64,000 nucleotides of DNA from a bacterium (GTDB taxonomy: Bacteria; Desulfobacterota; DSWW01): positions 1 to 64,000 of the forward strand of contig JBFLZG010000130.1 of assembly GCA_040756235.1 (NCBI GenBank). Direction: 5' to 3'. The translations under genes and the position numbers were made by a program. Within the stretch, counting starts at the first letter, position 1; each line of letters starts with the position of its first letter. The notes beneath the pieces were generated by a model. That model was given only the letters and a program-made list of their open reading frames with translations, searched no databases and had not been told where the DNA came from. Below, one piece after another: positions 1-8,536 of this stretch.

Positions 1-129
1 ATGCCTGCGGTCTCGCTCAATCGTCGCGGCCGAATCTGACCCAAATCTGGGCGCGAAACCTCCCCTCTCCAAAAGGATACAGTTGGCCCGGCCCCTGCGA
101 AGTTATTTTTGCGCGAACCCTAAGCGATC

Positions 130-1572
130 ATGAACCGCTCGAAAGAGTCGTCCTTCCGGGCACAGACCCGCAGTCTCAGCTGGCCATTCTGGGCCGCCAA
201 CATCATGGAGATGATCGAGCGTCTCGCCTATTACGGCGTGCGCGTGGTCATTCCGATCTACATCGCCCAGGCCGACGAGCCCGGCGGGCTGCACTTCAGT
301 CAGGGCGAGAAGGGCTTCATCTTCATGTGGTGGGCCCTCGTGCAGTCCGCCCTGCCGGTCTTCACGGGCGGCTTTGCGGACCGTTACGGTTACAAGAAGC
401 AGATAGCCCTTGCGGTCGGGCTGAAAGCGGCCGGGTACGTGCTCATGGCCACGCAGAGGGACTTCTGGCCTTTCTTCGCCGGGTGCATGGTGCTCGCCGC
501 AGGCACGGCCGTCTTCAAGCCGCCGGTCCAGGGCACCTTCGTCCGGACCCTCACGGAACGGAGCTCGGGCGTGGGCTGGGGCTTCTTCTACATGGTGGTC
601 AACGTCGGCGGCTTCCTGGGGCCCCCGCTGGCCCACTTCCTGTACGGCTACGCCTGGCCCATGGTCTTCTTCGGGTGTGCGGCCCTGGTGAGCCTGAACC
701 TTTTCTGGCTCTGCACCTATCGGGAGGTCGATTCGGCCGCGGACAGGTCGTCCGGGCCCTGGCAGGTCGTGGTGACGACCGCCGGGGAGATCGCCAACCT
801 CCGCCTGGTCGCCTTCCTGCTGATCGCTTCGGTCTTCTGGGCGGTGCTCATGCAGCTCTGGGACATGCTGCCCAACTTCATCGTGGACTGGGTGGACAGC
901 TCCGACCTGGCGCGGCACCTGCCGGCCTTCATGCTCTCACGGGACGCGTCCCGGGGCCCGCAGATCGCACAGGAATGGATCATCAACCTGAACCCGCTCC
1001 TGATCATCCTGTTCGTGGCTCCCCTTTCCTGGTACGTGAACCGGAAGATGAGGCGGCTCACGTCGATGCTCGCGGGCTTCGTGCTTGCCAGCCTGGGCGT
1101 TTACCTGGCCGGCGCGACTCCGCTCGTCTGGACCTGTGTGGCCGGGATCGCCGTGTTCTCCGCGGGCGAGATGCTGTGCTCGCCCAAGATGAACGAGTAC
1201 CTGGGCGTGATCGCCCCTGCCGACAAGAAGGCCCTCTACATGGGCTACGCCAACATCCCTCTGGCCGTCGGCTGGGGGTACGGGTCCTTTGCGGGCGGGC
1301 GGATCTACGAGCGGGCAGGGGAGAAGGCCGGCCTGGCCTTGCGCTATCTTTCCGAGGTGCTGCACGTAGAGGAGCTGCCGGGCCGAACGGAAGCCTTTGC
1401 CGCCCTGGTCGACAGGCTGGGTCGGACACCGGCCGAGACCACCCGGCTCCTGTGGGACCTGTATGATCCGAGCCGGGTCTGGGTCCCGTTCGCCCTGGCC
1501 GGCCTCGCCGCCGCGCTCGCCATGGCCGTCTTCAACCGGCTCGCGACGAGATGGGCGGACACCAACGCGTGA
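130..1572 (+). CDS. MFS transporter (POT/peptide-transporter-like)
   Basis: 480 aa, many hydrophobic segments; N-terminal EMIERLAYYG (ExxERxxYYG) motif and GGFADRYG loop. Confidence 0.85.
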   Translation: MNRSKESSFRAQTRSLSWPFWAANIMEMIERLAYYGVRVVIPIYIAQADEPGGLHFSQGEKGFIFMWWALVQSALPVFTGGFADRYGYKKQIALAVGLKAAGYVLMATQRDFWPFFAGCMVLAAGTAVFKPPVQGTFVRTLTERSSGVGWGFFYMVVNVGGFLGPPLAHFLYGYAWPMVFFGCAALVSLNLFWLCTYREVDSAADRSSGPWQVVVTTAGEIANLRLVAFLLIASVFWAVLMQLWDMLPNFIVDWVDSSDLARHLPAFMLSRDASRGPQIAQEWIINLNPLLIILFVAPLSWYVNRKMRRLTSMLAGFVLASLGVYLAGATPLVWTCVAGIAVFSAGEMLCSPKMNEYLGVIAPADKKALYMGYANIPLAVGWGYGSFAGGRIYERAGEKAGLALRYLSEVLHVEELPGRTEAFAALVDRLGRTPAETTRLLWDLYDPSRVWVPFALAGLAAALAMAVFNRLATRWADTNA

Positions 1573-1654
1573 GCCAGGGGGGCCAGGCCCATCCCTTTCC
1601 GTCGAGGGGATATGGTACCTGGCCCCGTTTGCCAACCCGTTTGGCTGCTGACAA

Positions 1655-2377
1655 TCAGGGTATCGTGAAGGAACCTTCGGTAATCGTCTGGTTCCCGCCT
1701 TCCTCGATGGCCAGCACCTCGAAGTCGTGCTCCCCTGGGCCCAGGGAGGCTACATATTCCGGCGGAACCGTCACCCTCGTGGCCGTTTCCGGCAGGGTGA
1801 CCTGGAACTCCTCGACGATGACCTGGTACCCGGCGATTTCAATATCTTCATCCGGAAGGATTCCGGCTGGACCCGTAACGGGCCTCCACCTGATGACGAG
1901 GGTGTGGTCAGGGCGCACGACTGCAGAGACCTTGGGTCCGTCGGGAACCGCGTGCGTGAACGTCGCCGTGCCTTCCAGTTCGGCTCCGTCAACCGTTGTG
2001 CCGTTGAACCTATATTCTCCCTCCGGGAACAGGGCCAGGAGCTCGTCAAGTGGGAACTCGTCGAGCGCGGGCTCCGCACCCTCGAAGAACAGCTCGGTCA
2101 TGCCGAGCTGCCTGAACCCCCCTCCGCCCTGGACGTTGAAGATCGTCCGCCCGTTCGGGTTGAGGATCCTGAGCGTCTTCCAGTCCTCTGCATCGAGGAA
2201 GACATGAACCCCCAGATCGTTGGCCGTGGAGTTGTACTCGAAGTAAATCTTCGTTTCGCTGAAGGGGGCCTGATTCCCGTTCTCCGGGGCGGCGGCCGTC
2301 AAGCAGAGCACGGCGATCGCCATCAGGAAAAGGGCGGGCAAGCCAATGCCTTTTCGCACTCCTGCAATTCGTTTCAT
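1655..2377 (-). CDS. Secreted acidic hypothetical protein, beta-rich with an FN3/Ig-like C-terminus
   Basis: Signal peptide (MKRIAGVRK...LCLTAAA), RBS AGGAGG, GC3-type codon usage. Confidence 0.8.
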   Translation of the reverse strand: MKRIAGVRKGIGLPALFLMAIAVLCLTAAAPENGNQAPFSETKIYFEYNSTANDLGVHVFLDAEDWKTLRILNPNGRTIFNVQGGGGFRQLGMTELFFEGAEPALDEFPLDELLALFPEGEYRFNGTTVDGAELEGTATFTHAVPDGPKVSAVVRPDHTLVIRWRPVTGPAGILPDEDIEIAGYQVIVEEFQVTLPETATRVTVPPEYVASLGPGEHDFEVLAIEEGGNQTITEGSFTIP

Positions 2378-2442
2378 ACTGCACCTCCTGGATTCTGCTT
2401 GTGCACATGGCCCGAAGACTTCAAGGAGCTACCTGGCTCTCA

Positions 2443-3180
2443 TCAATAGCTGATCAGCTCCGCATCCGCGTCGATGGCGAGGCCGATGCCCCGCACGTAG
2501 ACCTTGCGGTCCGTGCTGCCGCCGATGGGGTCGCAGTCCTCCGTGGTCAGGGTGTCGTCGAAGGGGCCAGCCGGAACCGTGATCGCCTCGCCGAAGGCGA
2601 GGATCTCGGAGGAGTCCTCGGCCACGCCCGGGGCGCGCTCCTGCTCGAACACGTCGCCCACCTGCGGGCTGCCCGGCATGATGATGCCCGCCTGGGCCTC
2701 GTTCTCACCGGCACGCCAGGCGCCCTGATGCGAGACGACCTGGCCGCCCTCGTAGATGTCGACGTCCTCACCGAAGTAACAGACGGTCCCGTCCGGCGCC
2801 TGGGCGAACCAGTTCCTGGAAATCTCCACCACCTCGCCGTCCTCGTACTCGGTCTCCCTCACCACGCGGGTCGTCACCCCGGCGACGTCCTCGGTCTCAT
2901 CCAGGACGTCGATTTCGACACGGATCACGACTCCTTCGTCGTCCTCGCCCTCCAGGACGGACTGAGCGCCCGCCTCGAGGGGGAAGAATTCGTTGTCGAT
3001 GGTCAGCGAGAAGGGCCCGGCTGCGGGGTCGCAGACGGAGATGTCGAGAGTCGGCTCAGGACAATTCGCACCGTCGCCGGCCGCAGCGTTGTCTTCGTCT
3101 TCAGAGTCGTCGCAGCCCAAGCCCAAGGCCGCCACGGAAAGGGACATGAGCATGGACAGAAGAGCCAGCCTTCTTTTCAT
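2443..3180 (-). CDS. Acidic lipoprotein of unknown function
   Basis: Lipobox LGLG-C after hydrophobic leader; very Asp/Glu-rich; RBS AAGGAGA. Confidence 0.8.
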   Translation of the reverse strand: MKRRLALLSMLMSLSVAALGLGCDDSEDEDNAAAGDGANCPEPTLDISVCDPAAGPFSLTIDNEFFPLEAGAQSVLEGEDDEGVVIRVEIDVLDETEDVAGVTTRVVRETEYEDGEVVEISRNWFAQAPDGTVCYFGEDVDIYEGGQVVSHQGAWRAGENEAQAGIIMPGSPQVGDVFEQERAPGVAEDSSEILAFGEAITVPAGPFDDTLTTEDCDPIGGSTDRKVYVRGIGLAIDADAELISY

Positions 3181-3245
3181 GGGAATTCTCCTTTTTCTTG
3201 CTTTCTCTATGGATCCGTGGAAGACAGTCCACGGGGAGCCAATGA

Positions 3246-3261
3246 AGCAACCCTCGTGCCC
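3246..3261 (-). promoter_or_regulatory. sigma54 (-24/-12) promoter
   Basis: Minus strand GGGCACGAGGGTTGCT = GG-N10-GC, matching TGGCACG-N4-TTGCW, about 65 bp upstream of the 3180 start; enhancer-binding protein gene nearby. Confidence 0.75.
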
Positions 3262-3311
3262 GCAGAAAGAGGGCCTACCGCGGTGTGATTCAGCAGAATT
3301 TGTACAAGGAA

Positions 3312-3356
3312 CGATGGATTTTCAGCGATGGATCTTCAGCGCTGCTGGATTTCGAG
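3312..3356. promoter_or_regulatory. Tandem 14-bp direct repeats, candidate upstream activator sequence
   Basis: CGATGGATTTTCAG (3312-3325), CGATGGATCTTCAG (3326-3339), degenerate TGCTGGATTTCGAG (3343-3356); about 75-120 bp upstream of the inferred sigma54 start site. Confidence 0.55.
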
Positions 3357-3382
3357 CATCGCGCTCGTTCGGGCCGGAGGGG

Positions 3383-4534
3383 CTAGAAGCGGTACTCCAG
3401 ACCCAGGTAGGCGATGTGATCCTGGAAGTCTTCGGAGTCGAAGGTCGACTGGTTCATCCGGTACAGGTAGCGGGGCTTGAGGTACCACTCACCGTGGAGT
3501 CGCACGGTCAACCAGACGGAAGACAAAAGAAGGGTATCGGTCCTTTCCCGACCATGGCCGTCCTCGTTGTCTGCCAGATCGGAATAGGTCTTGTGGATCA
3601 GCTCTCCGTACAGCGACAGGGTGAGCCGGTCGCTCAGCTCGTGTGAGTAGAGCAAGGTGCCTTTGTGCTTGATGAAGTCGAACTCCGCTTCCGGCTCCAG
3701 GTTTTCGTCCTCACCCCGGATCTCGCCGATCTGGGCCGCCCCCTTGCCGGAGCTGTCGTCCGCCTGGAACGTGTAGGTGCCGAGCAGAGGGCCTTTGCCG
3801 GCAAGGAATGACTCGAACCCGACTTCCACCGTGTGCCTGTTGCTCGACTCCGGGGAGCCGAGCGTCTCGTCCGGGCCGGAGTCGCCGGTGCCCTGGTAAT
3901 AGTGGAAGTGGTAGGCATAGTAGGTGGAAAAGGTCGGCGTCCAGGTGTTTCGAGCCTCGACGAATCCGCCATCGGCATGGTAGTTGAAAAAATCGCTCTC
4001 CGGATACACGTGCACGATGCTTTCGTAGCCGAGTCGCGCCTGCCAGAGGTCCGAGAAGACATGAGTCCATACAAGGGAGGCCGTGTTCCGGTAATTGTCG
4101 AATTCGGTATCGTCCGGCTCCGAAAGGTAGCGGCCCTCGTTCAGCAGGCTGATCGTGCTTGCACCCAGACCATACCCCAGCGAGAGATTGCCCCGAGCCG
4201 TGTACCAGCTGTCGCCCATGGCCTCGACGTGCAGATCACCGAGCCCGTAAAGCTCGACTTCCAGGCGCCAGGGAGGAGCCAGCCGGGGCTGAAGAAGCAG
4301 CAGGGCAGACAGCTCGGTCATGAAGGCTTCGTCTATCTCCTCGTCCGGTTCCGCGTCCTCCGGGAGGTCCCCGCTCAACAGGTCGACGTTGGAATCGTAT
4401 TTGCCCGCCACGCTCAGCCTGCCCGACACGACCTGTTCTTCTTCACTCTCCCCGCATGCCGCCCCAAGCGGCAGGCCCCCCTGCGCCAGCCACAGCACAC
4501 CCACCGTGATCGAGACGGCATTCGTGAGTCTCAT
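3383..4534 (-). CDS. Outer-membrane beta-barrel protein
   Basis: Signal peptide, alternating aromatic beta-strand pattern, C-terminal LGLEYRF signature; ATGA overlap with upstream gene. Confidence 0.8.
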   Translation of the reverse strand: MRLTNAVSITVGVLWLAQGGLPLGAACGESEEEQVVSGRLSVAGKYDSNVDLLSGDLPEDAEPDEEIDEAFMTELSALLLLQPRLAPPWRLEVELYGLGDLHVEAMGDSWYTARGNLSLGYGLGASTISLLNEGRYLSEPDDTEFDNYRNTASLVWTHVFSDLWQARLGYESIVHVYPESDFFNYHADGGFVEARNTWTPTFSTYYAYHFHYYQGTGDSGPDETLGSPESSNRHTVEVGFESFLAGKGPLLGTYTFQADDSSGKGAAQIGEIRGEDENLEPEAEFDFIKHKGTLLYSHELSDRLTLSLYGELIHKTYSDLADNEDGHGRERTDTLLLSSVWLTVRLHGEWYLKPRYLYRMNQSTFDSEDFQDHIAYLGLEYRF

Positions 4535-5037
4535 GGCGCACCCTGCTCCCGGATCATCAGGTTTCCGGCTTTCTCCCGGTAGGCAGCAGCCAGGCCGCGC
4601 ATGCGGACCAACTCCTCCTCCAGTTCGTCTACGGATTCCCGCCTCAGCTCGAGCAGGATCTCCTCGCGGCGCGTCCGCTCGGACAGGTCATGCAGCCGCT
4701 GCCGTGTCTGCGGGTCGCCGCCCGGCTTGATCTCTGCCAGGTCCTGCAGGCTCTCCCGCTGCATGCGGAGGGCCCGGAGTCTCTCGAGGTTCTGGGCGGC
4801 TTCCGTTTGCAGACGGATTCTTTCGCCGTCCAGAGCGTCCACGCGGTCCTCGATGATCTCGACCTTTTCGAGCATATCATCCGGTCCGTCCAACGGATGC
4901 AGCGCAATGGCAGCCTCGATGCTCTTCCAGCTCTTCCAAGCCCGGATCGCGTTTTCGGCGCCGCCGGCCGGCGCACCAACCCCTCCCGCGAGAATCAGGG
5001 CGATGAGGGCCACAGGCAGGCAGCGCACGGCGGTCAT
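4531..5037 (-). CDS. Exported coiled-coil protein
   Basis: N-terminal hydrophobic leader followed by an E/R/L-rich heptad region; translationally coupled in the operon. Confidence 0.7.
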   Translation of the reverse strand: MTAVRCLPVALIALILAGGVGAPAGGAENAIRAWKSWKSIEAAIALHPLDGPDDMLEKVEIIEDRVDALDGERIRLQTEAAQNLERLRALRMQRESLQDLAEIKPGGDPQTRQRLHDLSERTRREEILLELRRESVDELEEELVRMRGLAAAYREKAGNLMIREQGAP

Positions 5038-5044
5038 CCGTCTT

Positions 5045-6427
5045 TCATCCGTCCTTGATCCCGAATCGCTCCAGCTTGTAGCGGAAGCGATTGCGGTCGA
5101 TGCCGAGCATCTTGGCCGCCCTCGCCTTGACCCTGCCGGACTTCTCGTAGGCGTGCAGGATCAGCCGCTTCTCGAATCTCTGCATCTCCTGGTCGAAATC
5201 GACGTCCTCCTCGGGCAGAGAGACGTACGAGGTGGAGGGAATCGGGAGCACGGGCGGCAGGTGGGACGCGTCGATGGGCTCTGCGCCGGCCAGGACCGCG
5301 GCCCGCTCGATCACGTTCTTCAACTCACGCACGTTGCCCGGCCAGTCATAGTCCATGAGGGCTTCCAGGGCTCGCGCCGAAGGTCCTGCCACGTCATGGC
5401 CGAGGCGCTGGGCTTCGCGCGCGACAAAGGATTCGATCAGCCGGGGGATGTCTTCCTTCCGTTCCCGCAGCGGCGGCAGGTCGATGGCGAAGATGTTCAG
5501 CCGATAGAACAGATCCTGACGAAATTTTCCTTCCCGAATTGCGGTCTGGAGATGCTTGTTGGTGGCCGAAACGATGCGGATGTCCACGCGCAGGGTCTGC
5601 GTGCCGCCGACCCGCTCGAACTGCCTTTCCTGGATCACCCTCAGGAGCTTGGTCTGGACGCCCATCGGGACCTCGCCCACTTCATCGAGAAAGAAGGTCC
5701 CCTTGTCGGCCATCTCGAACCGCCCGATCTTGCGCGCCACGGCACCGGTGAAGGCGCCGCGCTCGTGGCCGAAAAGCTCGCTCTCGAGGATGCCTTCCGC
5801 ATAGGCGGCACAGTGCACGCCGACGAAGGGCCCCCTGGAGCGCATGCTCTTCAGGTGGATGGCGCGGGCAACGAGCTCCTTGCCGGTGCCGCTTTCGCCG
5901 AAGATGAGGACCGTGGAATCGGTGGGCGCGACCTTCTCGATGGTCTCGAACAGACGCCGCATGGAAGGGCTCGATCCGACGATCTCGCCCATGCCGTGGC
6001 GGTAGGCGTCGTCGGCCTCGTAGGAGCCGAGCCGGGCGCTCATGCGTTCCATCTGGAGCGACATCTCGCGCTGCGCGACCGCCTTCTGGAGCTTCACCTG
6101 CAGCTCGCTGTTGTCGAGCGGCTTGGTCACGAAATCGAAGGCGCCGATCTTCATGGCCTCCACCGCGGCCTGCACGCTTCCATAGGCCGTGACGACGATG
6201 ACGACCACGTCCGGCCAGCGGTCGCGGACGGCGCGCAACAGCTGCATGCCGTCCATCCTGGGCATCTTGAGATCGGTCACGAGGATGTCTGCCGGCTCCG
6301 TCTCCAGCAGGGCGAGCGCCTGCGGGCCGTCATAGGCAGCACGCGCCGTGTGGCCTCTGCGCTCCACCAGGGCACACAGCGTGTCGGCGGAGGTCTTGTT
6401 GTCGTCGACGATCAAGAAATGGGCCAT
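5045..6427 (-). CDS. sigma54-dependent response regulator (NtrC/AtoC family)
   Basis: Receiver (IVDD, TDLKMP), Walker A GESGTGKE, ESELFGHERGAFTGA, WPGNVRELKN, Fis-type HTH. Confidence 0.97.
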   Translation of the reverse strand: MAHFLIVDDNKTSADTLCALVERRGHTARAAYDGPQALALLETEPADILVTDLKMPRMDGMQLLRAVRDRWPDVVVIVVTAYGSVQAAVEAMKIGAFDFVTKPLDNSELQVKLQKAVAQREMSLQMERMSARLGSYEADDAYRHGMGEIVGSSPSMRRLFETIEKVAPTDSTVLIFGESGTGKELVARAIHLKSMRSRGPFVGVHCAAYAEGILESELFGHERGAFTGAVARKIGRFEMADKGTFFLDEVGEVPMGVQTKLLRVIQERQFERVGGTQTLRVDIRIVSATNKHLQTAIREGKFRQDLFYRLNIFAIDLPPLRERKEDIPRLIESFVAREAQRLGHDVAGPSARALEALMDYDWPGNVRELKNVIERAAVLAGAEPIDASHLPPVLPIPSTSYVSLPEEDVDFDQEMQRFEKRLILHAYEKSGRVKARAAKMLGIDRNRFRYKLERFGIKDG

Positions 6428-6428
6428 G

Positions 6429-7898
6429 TTACGTTTCCTTCGATCCTCGCCCGCCGGCCGGAAGCCGGATCACGAAGCGCGCGCCTCCAGGGGGCCTGTT
6501 TTCAGCACAAAGGGTCCCACCGTGGCTCTTTACGATCTTTTCCGCGTTGGACAGGCCGAGCCCGGTGCCCGTGTCCTTGGTCGTGAAGAAAGGTTCGAAC
6601 AGCCTGTCCATGATCTCCTGCGGGATGCCCGGACCGGTGTCCTCCACGACGAATTCGACGTCCTGGCCGCCCGCGCAGGGTCCGACACGCAGCTCCACCC
6701 GCCCCCCTGCAGGGCACGCCTGGACGGCGTTCAGAACGACGTTCAGCAAGGACTGTTCCAACCGATCCCGGTCGACCAGAAGGCAGGGAAGCGGTGCCTC
6801 TGCGCGCACGATGATGTCCACGCCTCGTTCGGCCCCTTCCGCCCGTGCCACGTCCGCGGCGGCCCGGGCCAGATCCGCAGGAGCGACCTCGTCCCGGACC
6901 AGCGTGACCGGCCGGGAATAGGTGAGGAATTCCGTGAGAAACCGGTTGAGCTTCGCGATCTCGTGGTGCAGGGTGGCGAGAGCCTTGGGCTGCGCCACCC
7001 GCTGCTGCTGCTCCTCGAGCTCCTCCTCCAGGAGCGAGATCAGCAACTTGATGGAATTCAAGGGGTTGCGGATCTCGTGGGCCACGCTGGCAGACAGCTC
7101 CTTCAGTTTTGCATCCCGGCGCTCGACCTGTCGGGCCATCGAGTTGATGGCATCGGCCAGCACGCGCAGCTCGGCCGTGGAAGGCAGAGGGACGCGAGCC
7201 TCATAGTCTCCCTGGCCGATCCGTTGTGCCGTTTCGGCCATGCCGCTGATCGGTCGGGTCCAGGTCCGGGCCAGGGCCAGAGCCAGCATGAAGGCGACGG
7301 CCACCCCCAGCCCTGCAACCGCGTAAAGCCGGGCCCGCATCCGCTCGATCACTTCGACTTCCCGGCTGCCCGCATCCACCCCGACCACGGCGAAGAGTCG
7401 ATCCTGCGCATCCATGACAGGGGCGTAGGCCGAGACGAGCAGCCTTCCCGAGCGGGTCCGGTAGCTCTCGGTGCTGACCGAGAGCCCTCCTCGGAGCCGT
7501 GCCAGCAGGGCATCGTCCAAACGGGGGAGCGTGTAGATCGTGCCGATCGGCCTGTCAGGCTGAAGGTCGAGCAGAGAGGAACGGTCCGCGCGCAAAACGA
7601 GGATGTTCTCGACCCCGGTGGCCTCCCGTATCTGCCCGAGTTTTTCCTTCAAGCGCAGCACCATGCGGGTCGAGTCGTCTCCGACCCGGATCAGGTCCAG
7701 TCGCTCGAAGGGAGCGTTCCTTGCCGCAATCCGCGCGATGTCCTGGAGCTTGCGCCCGACTTCCTGCTCCAGATGGCTCTTGGCGGTCGAGAAGAAGAGC
7801 AGACTGAAGGTCACCGTGATCGCGACGATGATCAGCACGTAGGAAGACATCTGGGCCGCGAAGATCGAGCGGCCTCTCTTGTCCGGCGGTCTCTTCAT
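6429..7898 (-). CDS. Membrane sensor histidine kinase with HAMP domain
   Basis: Two TM segments, H-box AHEIRNPL, N/G boxes LNAVQA, DTGPGI, FFTTK, GTGLGL; start taken at ATG 7898. Confidence 0.95.
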   Translation of the reverse strand: MKRPPDKRGRSIFAAQMSSYVLIIVAITVTFSLLFFSTAKSHLEQEVGRKLQDIARIAARNAPFERLDLIRVGDDSTRMVLRLKEKLGQIREATGVENILVLRADRSSLLDLQPDRPIGTIYTLPRLDDALLARLRGGLSVSTESYRTRSGRLLVSAYAPVMDAQDRLFAVVGVDAGSREVEVIERMRARLYAVAGLGVAVAFMLALALARTWTRPISGMAETAQRIGQGDYEARVPLPSTAELRVLADAINSMARQVERRDAKLKELSASVAHEIRNPLNSIKLLISLLEEELEEQQQRVAQPKALATLHHEIAKLNRFLTEFLTYSRPVTLVRDEVAPADLARAAADVARAEGAERGVDIIVRAEAPLPCLLVDRDRLEQSLLNVVLNAVQACPAGGRVELRVGPCAGGQDVEFVVEDTGPGIPQEIMDRLFEPFFTTKDTGTGLGLSNAEKIVKSHGGTLCAENRPPGGARFVIRLPAGGRGSKET

Positions 7899-7998
7899 GT
7901 TGGCCACAATTGCGCTTTCAAGGTCGGGCGCTGGAGTACTGTGGGTGTCCCGCCTCAATCGTCTCGGGCTTGAGAACGCTCCGGCCCTTCTCCTCCCA

Positions 7999-8125
7999 AG
8001 AGGCTGTCGATAAACGGGCATCTGCGGCGTTCGGCTCGCCCTTCGTCACTGCGGCGTACCGGCAAGTACGCCTCGTTCCTCAGGACGTCGCCTGCCTTGC
8101 ATCTGGCCATTTCTCACCAGCCTCT
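7999..8125 (+). repeat. Inverted-repeat-bounded non-autonomous element, copy 1
   Basis: AGAGGCTGTCGATAAACGGGCATCTGCGGCG...GCCTTGCATCTGGCCATTTCTCACCAGCCTCT; recurs at 26221, 32115, 34725, 43717, 45757. Confidence 0.85.
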
Positions 8126-8372
8126 CGAGAGGGTGTTCTTCGACACCTCTCCGAGGGTCGGAGACTACGGCCCTTCGGGCAGGTTCCTCTTTTCGTCCCT
8201 CGTCCCGGGCCGGGGGTAACGGGGTGCACCAGCCTGGCCCGAAAATCGGGCCAGAGGACGAGACAACGAGAAAACAGCGCTGCGTTCCCCGGCCTTAGGG
8301 ACGCGGGACGGCCTCCGCGACTCGCCCTCGCCTCTTCGCCGGAACACCCACCGCACTCCTTTGGGCATCCTG

Positions 8373-8404
8373 GTAGGGTGGACTAAGCCGAAGGCGTGTC
8401 CACC
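8373..8404 (+). repeat. GTAG-type REP-like palindrome
   Basis: GTAGGGTGGAC...GTCCACC hairpin with 5' GTAG tetranucleotide. Confidence 0.65.
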
Positions 8405-8508
8405 AACCGAGTCATCGTCCCGCGAGCGCGGCGACCTCCCTGTAGCCGACTGTAACCGGGAAGGTTGCCACGGACCCTTCGGCCTCGCAATATCCGGCAG
8501 TTGGGCTC

Positions 8509-8536
8509 GCAGGGGCGTATCGCCATACACCCCTAC
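8509..8536 (-). repeat. GTAG-type REP-like palindrome overlapping the acylase stop codon
   Basis: Minus strand GTAGGGGTGTATGGCGATACGCCCCTGC; its TAG is the stop codon at 8533-8535. Confidence 0.7.

Noticed and set aside
4601..6586. Long antisense and alternate-frame ORFs (also 8671-10761, 24006-26222, 46117-48723, 57364-59898 and others)
   Set aside because: Shadows of real genes, expected at high GC with strong GC3 bias; no recognisable motifs
8440..8510. Cobalamin or c-di-GMP riboswitch, or self-cleaving ribozyme
   Set aside because: Only isolated words (ACTGTAA, GGGAAGG, GCCAC) match; order and core motifs do not fit, so it is kept only as an unexplained structure
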